Positions 49,601 to 60,890 of a DNA stretch of 64,000 nt are shown here, piece by piece. Origin of the DNA: Podarcis liolepis (lineage: Eukaryota); NCBI GenBank assembly GCA_965112155.1, contig OZ218098.1; one strand, 5' to 3'. The notes beneath the pieces are model-generated. The model saw only the letters and a list, made by a program, of their open reading frames with translations, did no database searches and had not been told where the DNA came from. The position numbers were made by a program, and so were the translations under genes. How positions within the stretch are numbered: position 1 is the stretch's first letter; each line of letters begins with the position of its first letter.

Positions 49601-52600
49601 CTAAGATAAAACAAATATAAGTGGTACAGTTGACAGTCTAGGCTTTTGTAGGTCTTCAGTGTGCTTTGACTACCTCAGAAAAGACAGCCTATGAAAGATA
49701 AGTTGTTGGCTCTGGGCTTCTGGTCCCATCAATACAGTTTAGGTTTGTATGTGGACCATGTAACTAAAGAGGGCACACATTAGATTGGCCTCGGGTTGGG
49801 ATTGTTTTCCATCTAGCAGTTTCTCTCCTTCATAGGTAAGCTTTAAGCACCGGTGATTCCAAATGATAGCACAGGACTCCTAAAGCTATTCAGCCAATCA
49901 CTTACATTAAAAGAAAGCTTCTGTGGCAGCTCTCTAGTATTAAAATCCATACTGCTCACCACCACTGCCGGCATTAGAAGATTCTCCTGTGGCCACATGG
50001 GTCTGATTTCTGTAGTATGCGTGACCACCATTCTTCCCTTCTGTAGCAGAAACAGTTCAAAATGTAAAGTCATGTGTGAACGCAAGCTTATTTAATAACT
50101 AAGCATGTGTATTGATGGGTGAGTTCTTTTACGGTTAGGTCCTGATTCTGAAAGGTCATTTGTTGTATTTGCATTGGAGCAGCTGCCTCATTTTTATTTT
50201 TATTTTTGAACTTGAGGGCAGGAGGAATGATTTCTGCTGTTCTTCTGCACAAGATCAAAATGGCTGAATGTGTGGAGAAGATGTGGTATTGGTTCTACTC
50301 CCCTTTTTAAAAAAAGAAAATAGTCATGGATTAAAGGTGGCATAGGACAAAAAACACAAACACATTGGAACATTCTTTTTTATTTAAGATTATTTGATAC
50401 TTGCATCCTTCTGGCTCTGGAAGCAGCATATGAGTAATTGTAGCTCCTCAAGAGAAGCTTACAATTGCTCCAGCATAATAGAAGCTCCTCGCTACACTCA
50501 TCCTGGGTTTATCGCAAATAATCTCTGTGACTCTAAAGCGTGGTGTAAATATACAGCCGTGGTATAAATATTGGTACTGGAAATGGCTTTAAGCACTCAA
50601 AGCATTTTCCCAATTTGAACTGCTTGTGTTGCATCTGCAGTCATTCCAACCTATGATTCCACGAGACTCTGTTTGTAATATGATGTCTCTGTTTCTTAAT
50701 TGTTTTTTTTATTTATTTGCTGTTTTTAGATTGTTGTTGAGTCCCATAAGGATAAATGCACCCAATGCCACTCCCACTCAGGGGTGTATTCATCACCACA
50801 GGAAATATAACCTGAAACCTTTTAAATTCAAGTTCAAGGTATCACATTAGGTTCTAGTGACTTGAGTGGATCATATGTCACTAGAGGAACATGACTACAC
50901 GAAAACATGTGACTAACTTCTAACATCCGCCCCCCTTCCCCTATAAAGGGTGCTTTGGTTGGTGTCCTTGGTTCCATTCATCTCATGTAACTTCATAAGC
51001 AACATTTATGCAATTTGACAAGCCCATTGTAGACAACGGAGGCTGGAAAACTGCTGTAAACTGAAATTTAAAAAATGGAACTTCGTCTTATTAAAATATA
51101 TTGTTTCTGCTTAACATCCCATGTGTGTGAAGTGTTTTGTTTCAAGTTACTCAGGTGCATTTATCAGTTTAATACACGACCACAAGGAGAGGGTTGGCCT
51201 GTTAAGTAGAATGGAGGCAAAGACCACTCTTCACAACTGATGACAATAATGGAACAGCCTTGTTGGTTTTCAATTACTGTTCATTGACTTCTTGAGTAGC
51301 ATCCCTATTTTGAGATAGAATTAATTGGTTGGGGGGTACAGAACACACGATTTTAAATTCCACAGAGAACTTTATAGGAACAATATTGGTTTCAGGAAGA
51401 GACTGTACCAGAATGCAGTAGGAAAATGAAAGAGAGGCTTGTTTTCTGTGTTGATAAAAGCTGTATTGAATACAGATAACACAGAATTAAAAATTACTGA
51501 GTTTCTGACTCCTGATTGTTGATTTGTCCTTCCCTTAGAATGTATTAATATTCAATGCTTATTCAAATAATTTTGTAATTGGGACATAAATCTTGAATAT
51601 ACTTTCAACATGCCAATTCTGTTGTGAATAACACAAGTATTTATTTAGGAGATGGTTGGGTGTTTTTGTGTGCCACATATCAAAAAGAGTTTTAAAATTA
51701 ACATAGTCCTGGGAGATTCCCAGAAAAGAAAGTAATGCCTTTTATTAATTGTGATTTTGGTTCAAAAAATGGTTACAAGAACTAGTCCAAAGACTTGCTG
51801 CACTTAATACACATGTTGGCAGCTGATGTGTGCGGCACGTAAGAGAGATGCTTCATTCCTTTTCTAACACTTAGCAACATGTTTCAAGCTGAAAGCAGTG
51901 ATGTGTTGCCGGCAGTTTAACAAGTGGCTCCCAGAAGATACCAGTGAGACTGAAGATCCATCCATTTGCCAACTGATGAAGATCACCCTGGTGGGGGCAA
52001 AAAACTGTTTATGCAAAAATGCTGCAAAGCATCAGAAAAAAACATAATGGGTTTATAATCATGTAACAAGATATGTTCATGTAAAATGATTCAGACATGA
52101 AGGAAATGAAGGTTTAAGTGATATTGATTTAAATAGCAGGTAGTTGGTACAACATTATCTGAACCATGTGAAGACCAATCCACACAGCAGCGAAGGAACA
52201 AGTCACACCTATATTTTTCTTTAATTCCTCTCTCCCCATAATCCAACAATTGTGCATATGACATATTGTCTAAAAAGAATGATGTTCCCAACAGGACTAT
52301 CTTAGAGATCATATCCCCCCTTGGAGTGTACCAAGCACCCTATGCAAACAAATCCATTCACAAAGCAATAACAGATAGTTACAGTGCTTTCTGGAAGCTC
52401 CAAACCCTGCTGGGTAACTGTTCCCTATTCAATAGGACTGTCTTGTCCCAATATCCTAAGAGCATTCTTATCCATTACATTCTGAAATATACTGCTATGC
52501 TTGTACTTATTCTCATAAAGTGTACAAGAGAAACTACACCATAGAGCAATATTAGAATCCATATTAAATGTTTATAATAGCACATAGAGTACAATTCACA

Positions 52601-53022
52601 AGGCTACTGACCAGCAAAATCATCTCTTTGGCTTTTCTTATTTTCTCTAAGCATAAATCCATGAATGTGCATCTGCACTGTGCCTATGTTCAATTTTCAT
52701 ACTCGTTCTTTCTACAGACAAGTATGATCACTAGTTGGGTGACCATGGTGTTGGTGTCTCCACTGTGTCAAGAGCAGTGTCAGTGCTGGGTTGACCTCTT
52801 CAAACAGGTATATTCTGTTGTGGGATGTTTCATCCTACAACAGTGGCAACAAGGCACTATGTGCAGATACAATAATACATGCTTTTTCTTTGGCAAGGGG
52901 CTTCTATTGCCAATGCAAAATGGCATCTTCTAGTTGGAACATCTTGGGTATCCTTTGCAATGTTCCTCTAGGTCTAGAGCAATGTATTTTGATTGCTAAT
53001 CATCTTCCCTGTTTCTTGATAG

Positions 53023-53174
53023 GAAGTACAGTTCCTGCAGTGTTTGCCATCCCAGCAGCAAACCGACCCGGGTTCACAGGCTATTTCATCCCAACACCAC
53101 CTACTGCATACAGGAACCAAGCTTGGATGTCCTATGCGGCAGAAAATGAATTACCAGGGCAATGGGCAGACTCG
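53023..53174 (+). CDS. KIAA1549L: KIAA1549L exon K: (G)STVPAVFAIPAANRPGFTGYFIPTPPTAYRNQAWMSYAAENELPGQWADS
   Basis: Acceptor ttccctgtttcttgatag|, donor TCG|gtaatt; 152 nt, phase 1->0. Confidence 0.93.
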
Positions 53175-53499
53175 GTAATTTTTTCCATTTTCTTTCTATG
53201 ATTTGTATGTTGAATGCAGATAGTAAGCTTTCTTGGAAGTCCCTTTGGAAAGGGAAATTTCCACATAGACAGTACTTTTCATGGGCTACTGCTAGTATTC
53301 GTTGCAAAGTTGCAGCTACTGGTTGCCTATGTTGCACTGGCCTAAAGAGAATAGGAAAGATTAAAGAATGATCTTAGCATGCAACAGTAGTAAATTCTCT
53401 TCACTGAAGTCCTTGATTCTGTTTCTGAACTAAAAGCAGCACCTTGCTCTCTACACAGTTGGTGCAAATTGTCCTGTGTGGTCAAGCAGAGGTTATTTG

Positions 53500-53670
53500 C
53501 TAGGAACATTGGAGGCAGCCTTTCCACTGAGCCAGACCATTGCCCCATTCTAGCTCCCTATACTGACCATCAAAGGTTATCTGATTATCTCCCAGACCTA
53601 CCTGGAGATGGTGGGAATTGAACTTGAGGCCTTCTGTGTGCACAGCAGCTTCTCTACCTGAGCCATAACC
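53500..53670 (-). mobile_element. tRNA-derived SINE, same family as 45789 (a decayed + strand copy lies near 3670-3805)
   Basis: Shared ctgagccagaccattg / ctggagatg..gggaattgaac blocks. Confidence 0.6.
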
Positions 53671-54292
53671 TAACTCTCTTAAGAGCTATGAGTGCCATAC
53701 AAAGAATAAGGCACCAGGGCCTTCAGGACAGGGAATCAATAGGAAAGAGATGACTTGTAGAGCCACATCTCATTTGTTATATGGTCTGCTTTGATTTAGC
53801 TCATTTGTCAGGAATTCCTCTGAGCTGTTAACCACAGCCTGATATCCAGCATACCTTTGAGCCAAGGTGGGACTTGCAGATAATTTCCCAGGCTGTTGGC
53901 AGTGGGTGTATGAAGACAGTGCTAACCAGAACGCTAAGGGTGATTTGTGTTAGCAATATGTGCTAACAACCAATATGTTGCTCTCCAAAAAGACAGCATG
54001 CTCTTCATGAGTAAAATGTTCACAGAGTAGTCAGTTTCCATCTACATCTCTCCCATCCCAAATTGTTGTCACTGGGGATGCAGTTGGTAGCTCTCTTTTT
54101 AAATTCTGGTCTGACAGGATTTTTGTTACCAAAGGCATTTTTGTTCAGCTCACCCTGAGTGATAGGCAAAGATACATTTAAATTGACTATAAATTGGGAT
54201 TTTTCTGTTTTGATGTGTTAAGAAGCAATTGCTAAGTGGGATTTAGTTCATTTTGAAGAAAATGGTACTTTATGTTGAAGGGAAAAGCTGTA

Positions 54293-54625
54293 CAGTGGTG
54301 CCCCGCAAGACGAACGCCTCGCAAGACGGAAAACTCGCTAGACGAAAGAGTTTTCCGTTTTGGGGGTGCTTTGCAAAACGAATCTCCTATGGGCTTGCTT
54401 CGCAAGCCGAAAATGTCTTGCGAGTTCCTGCGGCGTTTCCCCCCTCCCCCCCCTTTTCTAAGCTGCTAAGCCGCTTATCAACTAATCCGATAAGCCGCTA
54501 AGCCGCTAATAGCGCTAATAGCACTAATCCGCTAATCCGTCAATGGGCTTGCTTCACAAGACGAAAAAAACGCTAGACGAAGAGAATCACAGAACGGATT
54601 CTTTTTGTCTTGTGAGGCACCACTG
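54293..54625 (+). mobile_element. Tigger/pogo-like MITE family 1, copy 5
   Basis: TIRs and TA duplication; close reverse complement of copy 3. Confidence 0.9.
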
Positions 54626-56805
54626 TACTCCCTGACAAACTCAGAGTGTGCCTGGTGAAAGTGAAACTGCTGGGCCTGGTTAACAGGTTTTGGAGTTGTT
54701 ATCACTGTGAGGAGAGAACTAAAGATCATGCTACGTTTTTGACTGCTTTATACAGGATCAGTTTACTTCATACCTATGAAGAAAATCATGTAGTTCCCAT
54801 ACTGGATTCCTGTCAAGTGTATGACAAAATAGACATTTGACTGAGACAAGTTTTATGCGATAATTATAGGGGTTGGGTTTTTTTTACTACATAATATGTT
54901 TTCTCTTTAGAAACTATGGGGAACTAAATGAGAGAAGTTGCAGTTTATTTGTGTATTTGTGTTCAAGTTATCTTGAACATCATGAGATAGGCAGGATAGA
55001 TTTTTTGAAAATAAAATTAAGAGGGGTCTTGAAGGAAATGGGAAGATTCCAGAAACTTCCACTGCCTAAATGCAGGATTTTCAAGTATTAAAGCAGACAC
55101 TTATTCTAGATTTTTAAAAAGTATCTCCCTTAGTAAAACAGCCATTACATACATTCAAGGGCTTCTGTCTAGTGATAGTACCAGCCTCATGAGAAGATAC
55201 AAAGAAGCATTTGGTGGACAAAACAGTTTGCATTTTTGTGGTACTTACCTCAGAAGTACTATTGTAAAGCATTGTATGGGCTGAAACTGGCGAAATACTG
55301 ACCTCTAGTGTTTTGTTCTGAAACCTCTCTTTGTTAAATGTGTCCAATAACACAGTTTTATAAGCAAATGTGCTTTGCTTTGACTGAATTTTATTGTCAC
55401 TTGCATCTTGGTACTGCATAGATTTTAGTTTTATGCCTCACATAGATGAAGTAATAAGGGCCTTGCAGTGCATAAATACGAGTAAGCAACTGGGTGGCAA
55501 AAAGACTCAGCATCTAACAGGTGTTTTAGAAGTAAATTTATCAAATCTGGACTGTTTCTTTCTAGGTACTGGATATAAGGTGTTGTTATAATGTCTGGGA
55601 ATATGCTTTTATAAGATATGATATAATATATAGTACTGACAATTTCAAACTTGAGAATCGTTTATTCAGCGATTCAGAGAGTACTTGTCTAATTAAGAGA
55701 TAGAGCCATATAGGGTGCACACAGAATGAAAGATTGTTGGTACAGATTCAGATTGATGAACAAGTTCCAGTTTGCAAATTCTGTATAAAACATTATGTTG
55801 GCACCTTGTAATCAGTACTGTAGATTAGATTGCTAGCTTGGTCTGGAACCTTCCAATTTAAACCGTTGAAAGATTGCTAAGATCATTTAAATATTATGGA
55901 AACACATTGGAGGTATTAAATCACTCCAGGATTTAATATTTGACAGCCTTGGAGGCAATGAATCAACAGAGTCCAATACTGGATTTGAAACTTCCCCATG
56001 CAGTTTAAATTATTGAGAGAAGATAAATGTGCCTTTACTGTAAATTATCCAGCAGGAGCTTTATTGATGGGCAACCCACTACTAGTACACTATGGTTTGG
56101 GGAACGATGAGCAATTTGGTGTGTTCCCACTCATATTTCTATAAAGCTATTAAAATTGAGAAGTAAACATATTTTTTAAATATTTATACTTTGTCGTTCA
56201 AGTCATCCAAGAAGAATGATAAAAACAAACAAATTAAAGGAATGAATTACAAGTTCAATATCAAAACAGAAATCCACAACAATTAAAATTTAAAATGGCA
56301 ATAAAACCACATTGGATCATAAAACTGCAGAAGCAACAATAAATAGCAATAAAACATTAAAAGCAGACAGGAGGAAACAATGCCCCTGGTCAGGGCAATA
56401 AAATGGTTTTGAATGGGTTCCTCAAAGTGGATAAAGTAGACACCATATGAGTAAATTCAGTAGTAGTAGTTGACACAACACCAAAGAAAAGCCACTTTTG
56501 TCTCCTACCTGATATCTGGAGTCAGGGGCATCTGGCCCTAGATGGAAGAGTAGACCGTTATTCAAATTTAAACATTATACTGAACAACAAAAATAGATAA
56601 TACACACAAAGAGAAAACAAACATTAACAATAAAATAATATAAGTTCATCGCCAAGTGCTCTTGATAATAAAGTCAAAAGCAAAATAACCATTCAGGAAT
56701 GAATGAAAATGATACAAATATAAAATTATAAACGGTGTATAATAACACAAGTTACATTGCACAACAAAGGAAACAGAAAAGAAGAAAAAGCACTTGCCTG
56801 TTTAT

Positions 56806-56895
56806 AAAGGTAAAGGGACCCCTGACCGTTAGGTCCCGTCGCAGATGACTTGTGGGGTTGCGGTGCTCATCTTGCTTTACTGGCCGAGGGAGCCG
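56806..56895 (-). mobile_element. Sauria SINE 3' end (5'-truncated)
   Basis: aaaggtaaagggacccctgaccgttaggtcc...ggggttgcggtgctcatcttgctttactggccgagggagccg resembles the recalled lacertid Sauria SINE tail (ACCTTT repeat). Confidence 0.75.
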
Positions 56896-57509
56896 CCGCC
56901 ACCGCCAAATAAAATCACATTTCGAAGGGATTTGCAATCCATGTGATTGTGAAGTCATATATTTTTTAAAAATCACCCTCCAAATAGAGGTGAAATCAGT
57001 GTCATCCCTAGCCTCTCAAGTATTAAAAGTCAATATCTGTGAGATAGCAATGAACATATCTTTCTTGAACCAGATATCTAGGGTATAGCATCCCTGTTTG
57101 AGTGGCTACCAGAAGATAGAGAAGTAACTCTTTACACATAATATCCTCATTACCTTTATTGAAAATAGAGAAAATACAGGGTTTAGAGTCTAGAATTGCC
57201 CTTTCCCCTATAAGTATACTGATTTCTGTAATCGCTTGTTTCCAAAATTTATGAACTTTGGCAGAATTCTACCATATGTCCCATTAAGATCCCTTCTCCC
57301 CACATCCCTGCCAGGACAAAGGGGAACTCCAGGGTGTGACAATTGTTTTGTTGTCTGAGGGGGTGGTCTCCACTGTTTTGAAGGAGGAAGTTGGGCAGCT
57401 ACTCCTACCCCCCCCCAAAAAAAAAAACTGGGCCCACAAGTATATGCCAACTACCCCTGGCCACCAATACACCTGTGTATAAATGTTCTTGGATAAAACT
57501 GATTATTTT

Positions 57510-58015
57510 GACCCATTCCAGTCTGGTTTTAGGTATGGTTTGGGGAACAGAATCAGACTTGGTTGCATTTTGGGAGGGTAATGGAAGAGTGTTGAATATC
57601 CCGAATCTGTCAGCAGCTTTTAATATGTTGATGGCAGTATTATCCTAGACTACCTTTGTGAATTGTTTGCAGTGGTTTTGCTCCTACTTCCAGGATTGAT
57701 TCCAGAAAGTAGTATTGGGAGACTGTGCCTTTTTTCTCAGCAGTTGATCTGTAGGGTACCACAAGGCTTGATTTTGACCCCAATGCTATTTAATATATGC
57801 TGCCAGTATACCACCACTATTTCTGTATAGCATGTGAATCAGGAATAGCTGTGTGTGTGTCCTAAGCTGGTGAGCTGGATGAGGTTAATAAATTGTGACT
57901 GAATCCAGATAATATGGAGACTCTATGGATGGGCAGTTCCCAGATCTGGGATTGGGATCTAAATTGGGTTACACTCCCTCTGAAGAAGCAAGTGGAGAGT
58001 TTGAGGCTTCCTCCT
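57510..58015 (+). mobile_element. Degenerate L2-clade RT fragment
   Basis: Remnants of SGFR, GTE, NLSAAFN and VPQGLILTPMLFNI motifs. Confidence 0.7.
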
Positions 58016-58300
58016 AGAGTTTTGTATTACATTATGTGCCATTAAAGTTTTATAAATAAATAATAGTTTGCTACCATGAAATGGTTCTTGGAAATGGAGC
58101 AGGTTGGGCAACTCACAAAATTGTTGCAAATAACCCATGCAATAATTTCCACTCAGAAATTGCTTTTGTAAATACATAGCTATTTTTCTGACTGCGCCCA
58201 CAAGTAGCCTCTTTCCTCATGCAACCGTTGCACAAATTATGTCTTGTGTTTAAGAGCAAACCTTAGGGCAATTTATTTGTCTAATTAATATCTTCTTTAG

Positions 58301-58585
58301 GTCCCGCTTCCTGGCTACATAGAAGCTTATTCACGGCCACGCTACCAACACAACCACTCTCCTTCAAGACTTCCTCGTCAATACAGTCAACCAGCAAATA
58401 TGCACTCTGGCCTGGAACAAGTCCCACTGCCGCCTTCTGCTGCTTCTCAACAGAGCCTAACAGAAAATTACCCATTGGATAGCCCACTCAACAACCTTTC
58501 CACAGCTGCTCTGGTGAAGGCAATAAGAGAAGAAGTTGCTAAGCTAGCCAAGAAACAAACAGACATGTTTGAATTTCAGGTCTGA
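58301..58585 (+). CDS. KIAA1549L: KIAA1549L terminal coding exon L: VPLPGYIEAYSRPRY...LSTAALVKAIREEVAKLAKKQTDMFEFQV*
   Basis: Acceptor tcttctttag|; 95 codons including TGA 58583-58585. C-terminus AIREEVAKLAKKQTDMFEFQV is the recalled KIAA1549L end, not the KIAA1549 end. Confidence 0.94.
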   Translation, partial: VPLPGYIEAYSRPRYQHNHSPSRLPRQYSQPANMHSGLEQVPLPPSAASQQSLTENYPLDSPLNNLSTAALVKAIREEVAKLAKKQTDMFEFQV

Positions 58586-59725
58586 TGGCTTCTTGCGGTG
58601 AAAGTTTGCATCACATCACTTGTAGGCCCTCTAGCTGTTAATTCAGACTTCTTGTGGCTTGTGCCAAAGCAATGCCATTTTTTTTCTATTCTGAAACAAT
58701 CAACACTGGATTAAAAAGAAAAGTGAGTAAATAGAGTAGTCAGTCTGACGATCCGTTCTCTACCTATAAGGCAGGTGTTCCCAGGCAACCGTTGTAAAAT
58801 ATTGATGTATTATATTTATGATATGCAACTATCTGTCACATACCTCTTGTTCCATGAAGCCTTCATTGTTGGAGACATTATTTCAGCCATCTGCCTGTCT
58901 AATATTCCATTATGTTAAGAGCTTGGGAAGCACAAATATAGATCATTCTGTAGCAACTTGTGCATGTAAAAAAAGTAAACTTTTTTTATTCAGAAAAAAA
59001 CCATAGTAATAATATGAAAACTAAGGGCCATATATTCATATATTTGTAGTTCAGCTGATACAGTATCAAAAAGACTGATGGCAACAAAGCAATAGAGCTC
59101 AGCTCTGCCTAGAGACCACATTTAAACCGTACAAATCTGATGTGAAGAGTCCTTTGTAAATATCCCCAAAGTCACAATCGTTGCTCATAATCCAAAACCG
59201 ACAAAGAGGAAAAGAACAGTAAAGAGGCACGCTAGCATAAATGGTGTCTAAAGAGCTGGTGTAATGTTACTGTTGAGTTGCACAGAATTGCTTTCAGTGC
59301 TCTGTCTCTCTTCACTGTGAAATGGGAAAGAAAACAGAAATGCTACCTGGAACCTCCCAGTGAAAACAAATTCTTTGAATGTGCCCTACATTCAAAACGG
59401 TTTTCATTCTGAACACATGGCGGAACTGGTAAATTTGAGAACCTTGAGTCTGTCTCAGTCTGGAATAATGAATACACCTGTTTTTTTTTTTTTTTTTTTT
59501 AAAGATACAACCCTCTTGTTTCACACAGAGCTCTGTCCTTCTCTTGTAAACAATGATGTCCAGTGAAGTGATGCCAGAAGCAGCTTAACAGACTGACTCT
59601 GATTACACTCAACCAGTGACTACGCAAACTTAAGGAATCACCATATCTTTGGGGGTTGACTACAGTCTTTTCTTAAAGTGTAAATAAGTAAACAAGTCTA
59701 TGTGACAAAACAGTGTTCTGTGAAT

Positions 59726-59855
59726 CAGGGGTGGGAACTTGTAGCCCTCCCAGATGTTAACTCCCCTATCCGCCCCAGCCAGCATAGCCAGTGGTTAGGG
59801 AGGATTGGAGCTGCAGTCAAACAGTCTCTGCTGTGCTGCAGGTTCCTCATCTCTG
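59726..59855. mobile_element. Old hAT-type MITE inside the 3' UTR
   Basis: cagggg...ctctg ends, ccctcccagatgtt/ctccc motifs, TSD ctgtgaat/ctatgagt (6/8). Confidence 0.6.
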
Positions 59856-60242
59856 CTATGAGTGGCAGTGTGGGAAGTGATGTTTTGCCAAACCCAGGGC
59901 TGTAAGTTCTGGGAAGTCATTCATTGTTCTATTGCACTGTCATGAAAACACAGCCTCAAAATAGCAGAATGAAACTTTGCTGGCTCACCTTGGGCAGCTG
60001 CAAAATAAAAATAAAAATGGTGGACTGTTACAAAAAACACACACATTTTAGTTCCTTAATTTATAATGTAACTTTAGGGCAAATAGAAATTGCCTATGGG
60101 GTATCATACTGCGTGTATTGATGTCTACCAGAGTAAACATTCCCTTGAGCCTATTAATTTATTCAGCCTCAACTTTGTCCTTTGATCAGCTAATTTTGTC
60201 CCCCCCCCCCGGTGAGTTTCTTTGGTCTTTACTACTGCAGAG

Positions 60243-60281
60243 AAACAAACAAAACAAAACAAACAAACAAACAAACAAACA
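60243..60281. repeat. (AAAC/AAAAC)n tract in the 3' UTR
   Basis: Read directly. Confidence 0.9.
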
Positions 60282-60788
60282 GAAACAGTTTAAAGTAAAG
60301 CACAGAATTTTTAAGCAAACACATTAAATATGAAAAATATATTTCCAAGTGTGCAACTTAACTGTCATGATATATAATAAGTCCTTGCCAAAGGTCCTAG
60401 TAATCGCAGAACCTTTTGGTGTCAATTGTTTTCTTGTTATTTCAATAAATTGCATATAAATAAAATTGTATTTTTGTAATCATCATGTAAATAAATAGTT
60501 AGTGTATATTTATAGAAATGATCAACCTACAAAAGAAACTAAATAACCATAAATTACCAGCAAAAATAATTTTAAAATCAACTGAGTGATATATACATAG
60601 GCTAGTGAGACAACTGTATTGAAGAACCAAAGAAACTTAGTCACCCATAAGATTAAGTCTAATAAAAATAATCTTTTAATCTATCAGCCAATCAAAACTA
60701 ATTGTATCATTGCAATACATTCACATTGTGTGTATTCAATTGTTGTTTGTTCCAAAAATGTAGTCAACAGTGGGTATGAAAAATAGGG

Positions 60789-60890
60789 CAACTGAATCCT
60801 GATTAATGTAGGTGAATTTCTGACATCACTGTTCCATCTACTTGAAGGAAGGACAACTGAATCCTGATTAATGTAGGTGAATTTCTGACA
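60789..60890. repeat. Perfect 37-bp direct repeat with 28-bp spacer
   Basis: caactgaatcctgattaatgtaggtgaatttctgaca at 60789-60825 and 60854-60890. Confidence 0.95.

Noticed and set aside
521-58585. Calling the gene KIAA1549 (the BRAF fusion partner)
   Set aside because: The TM exon (NNLWIIAAVLAPIAVV) and C-terminus (KKQTDMFEFQV) match the recalled paralogue KIAA1549L; KIAA1549 is recalled to end in QKQSTVQNFHS. Reciprocal BLASTP would settle it.
60789-60890. CRISPR-like repeat-spacer-repeat (37/28 bp)
   Set aside because: Only two units, no cas genes, vertebrate 3' UTR context; a local duplication is sufficient.
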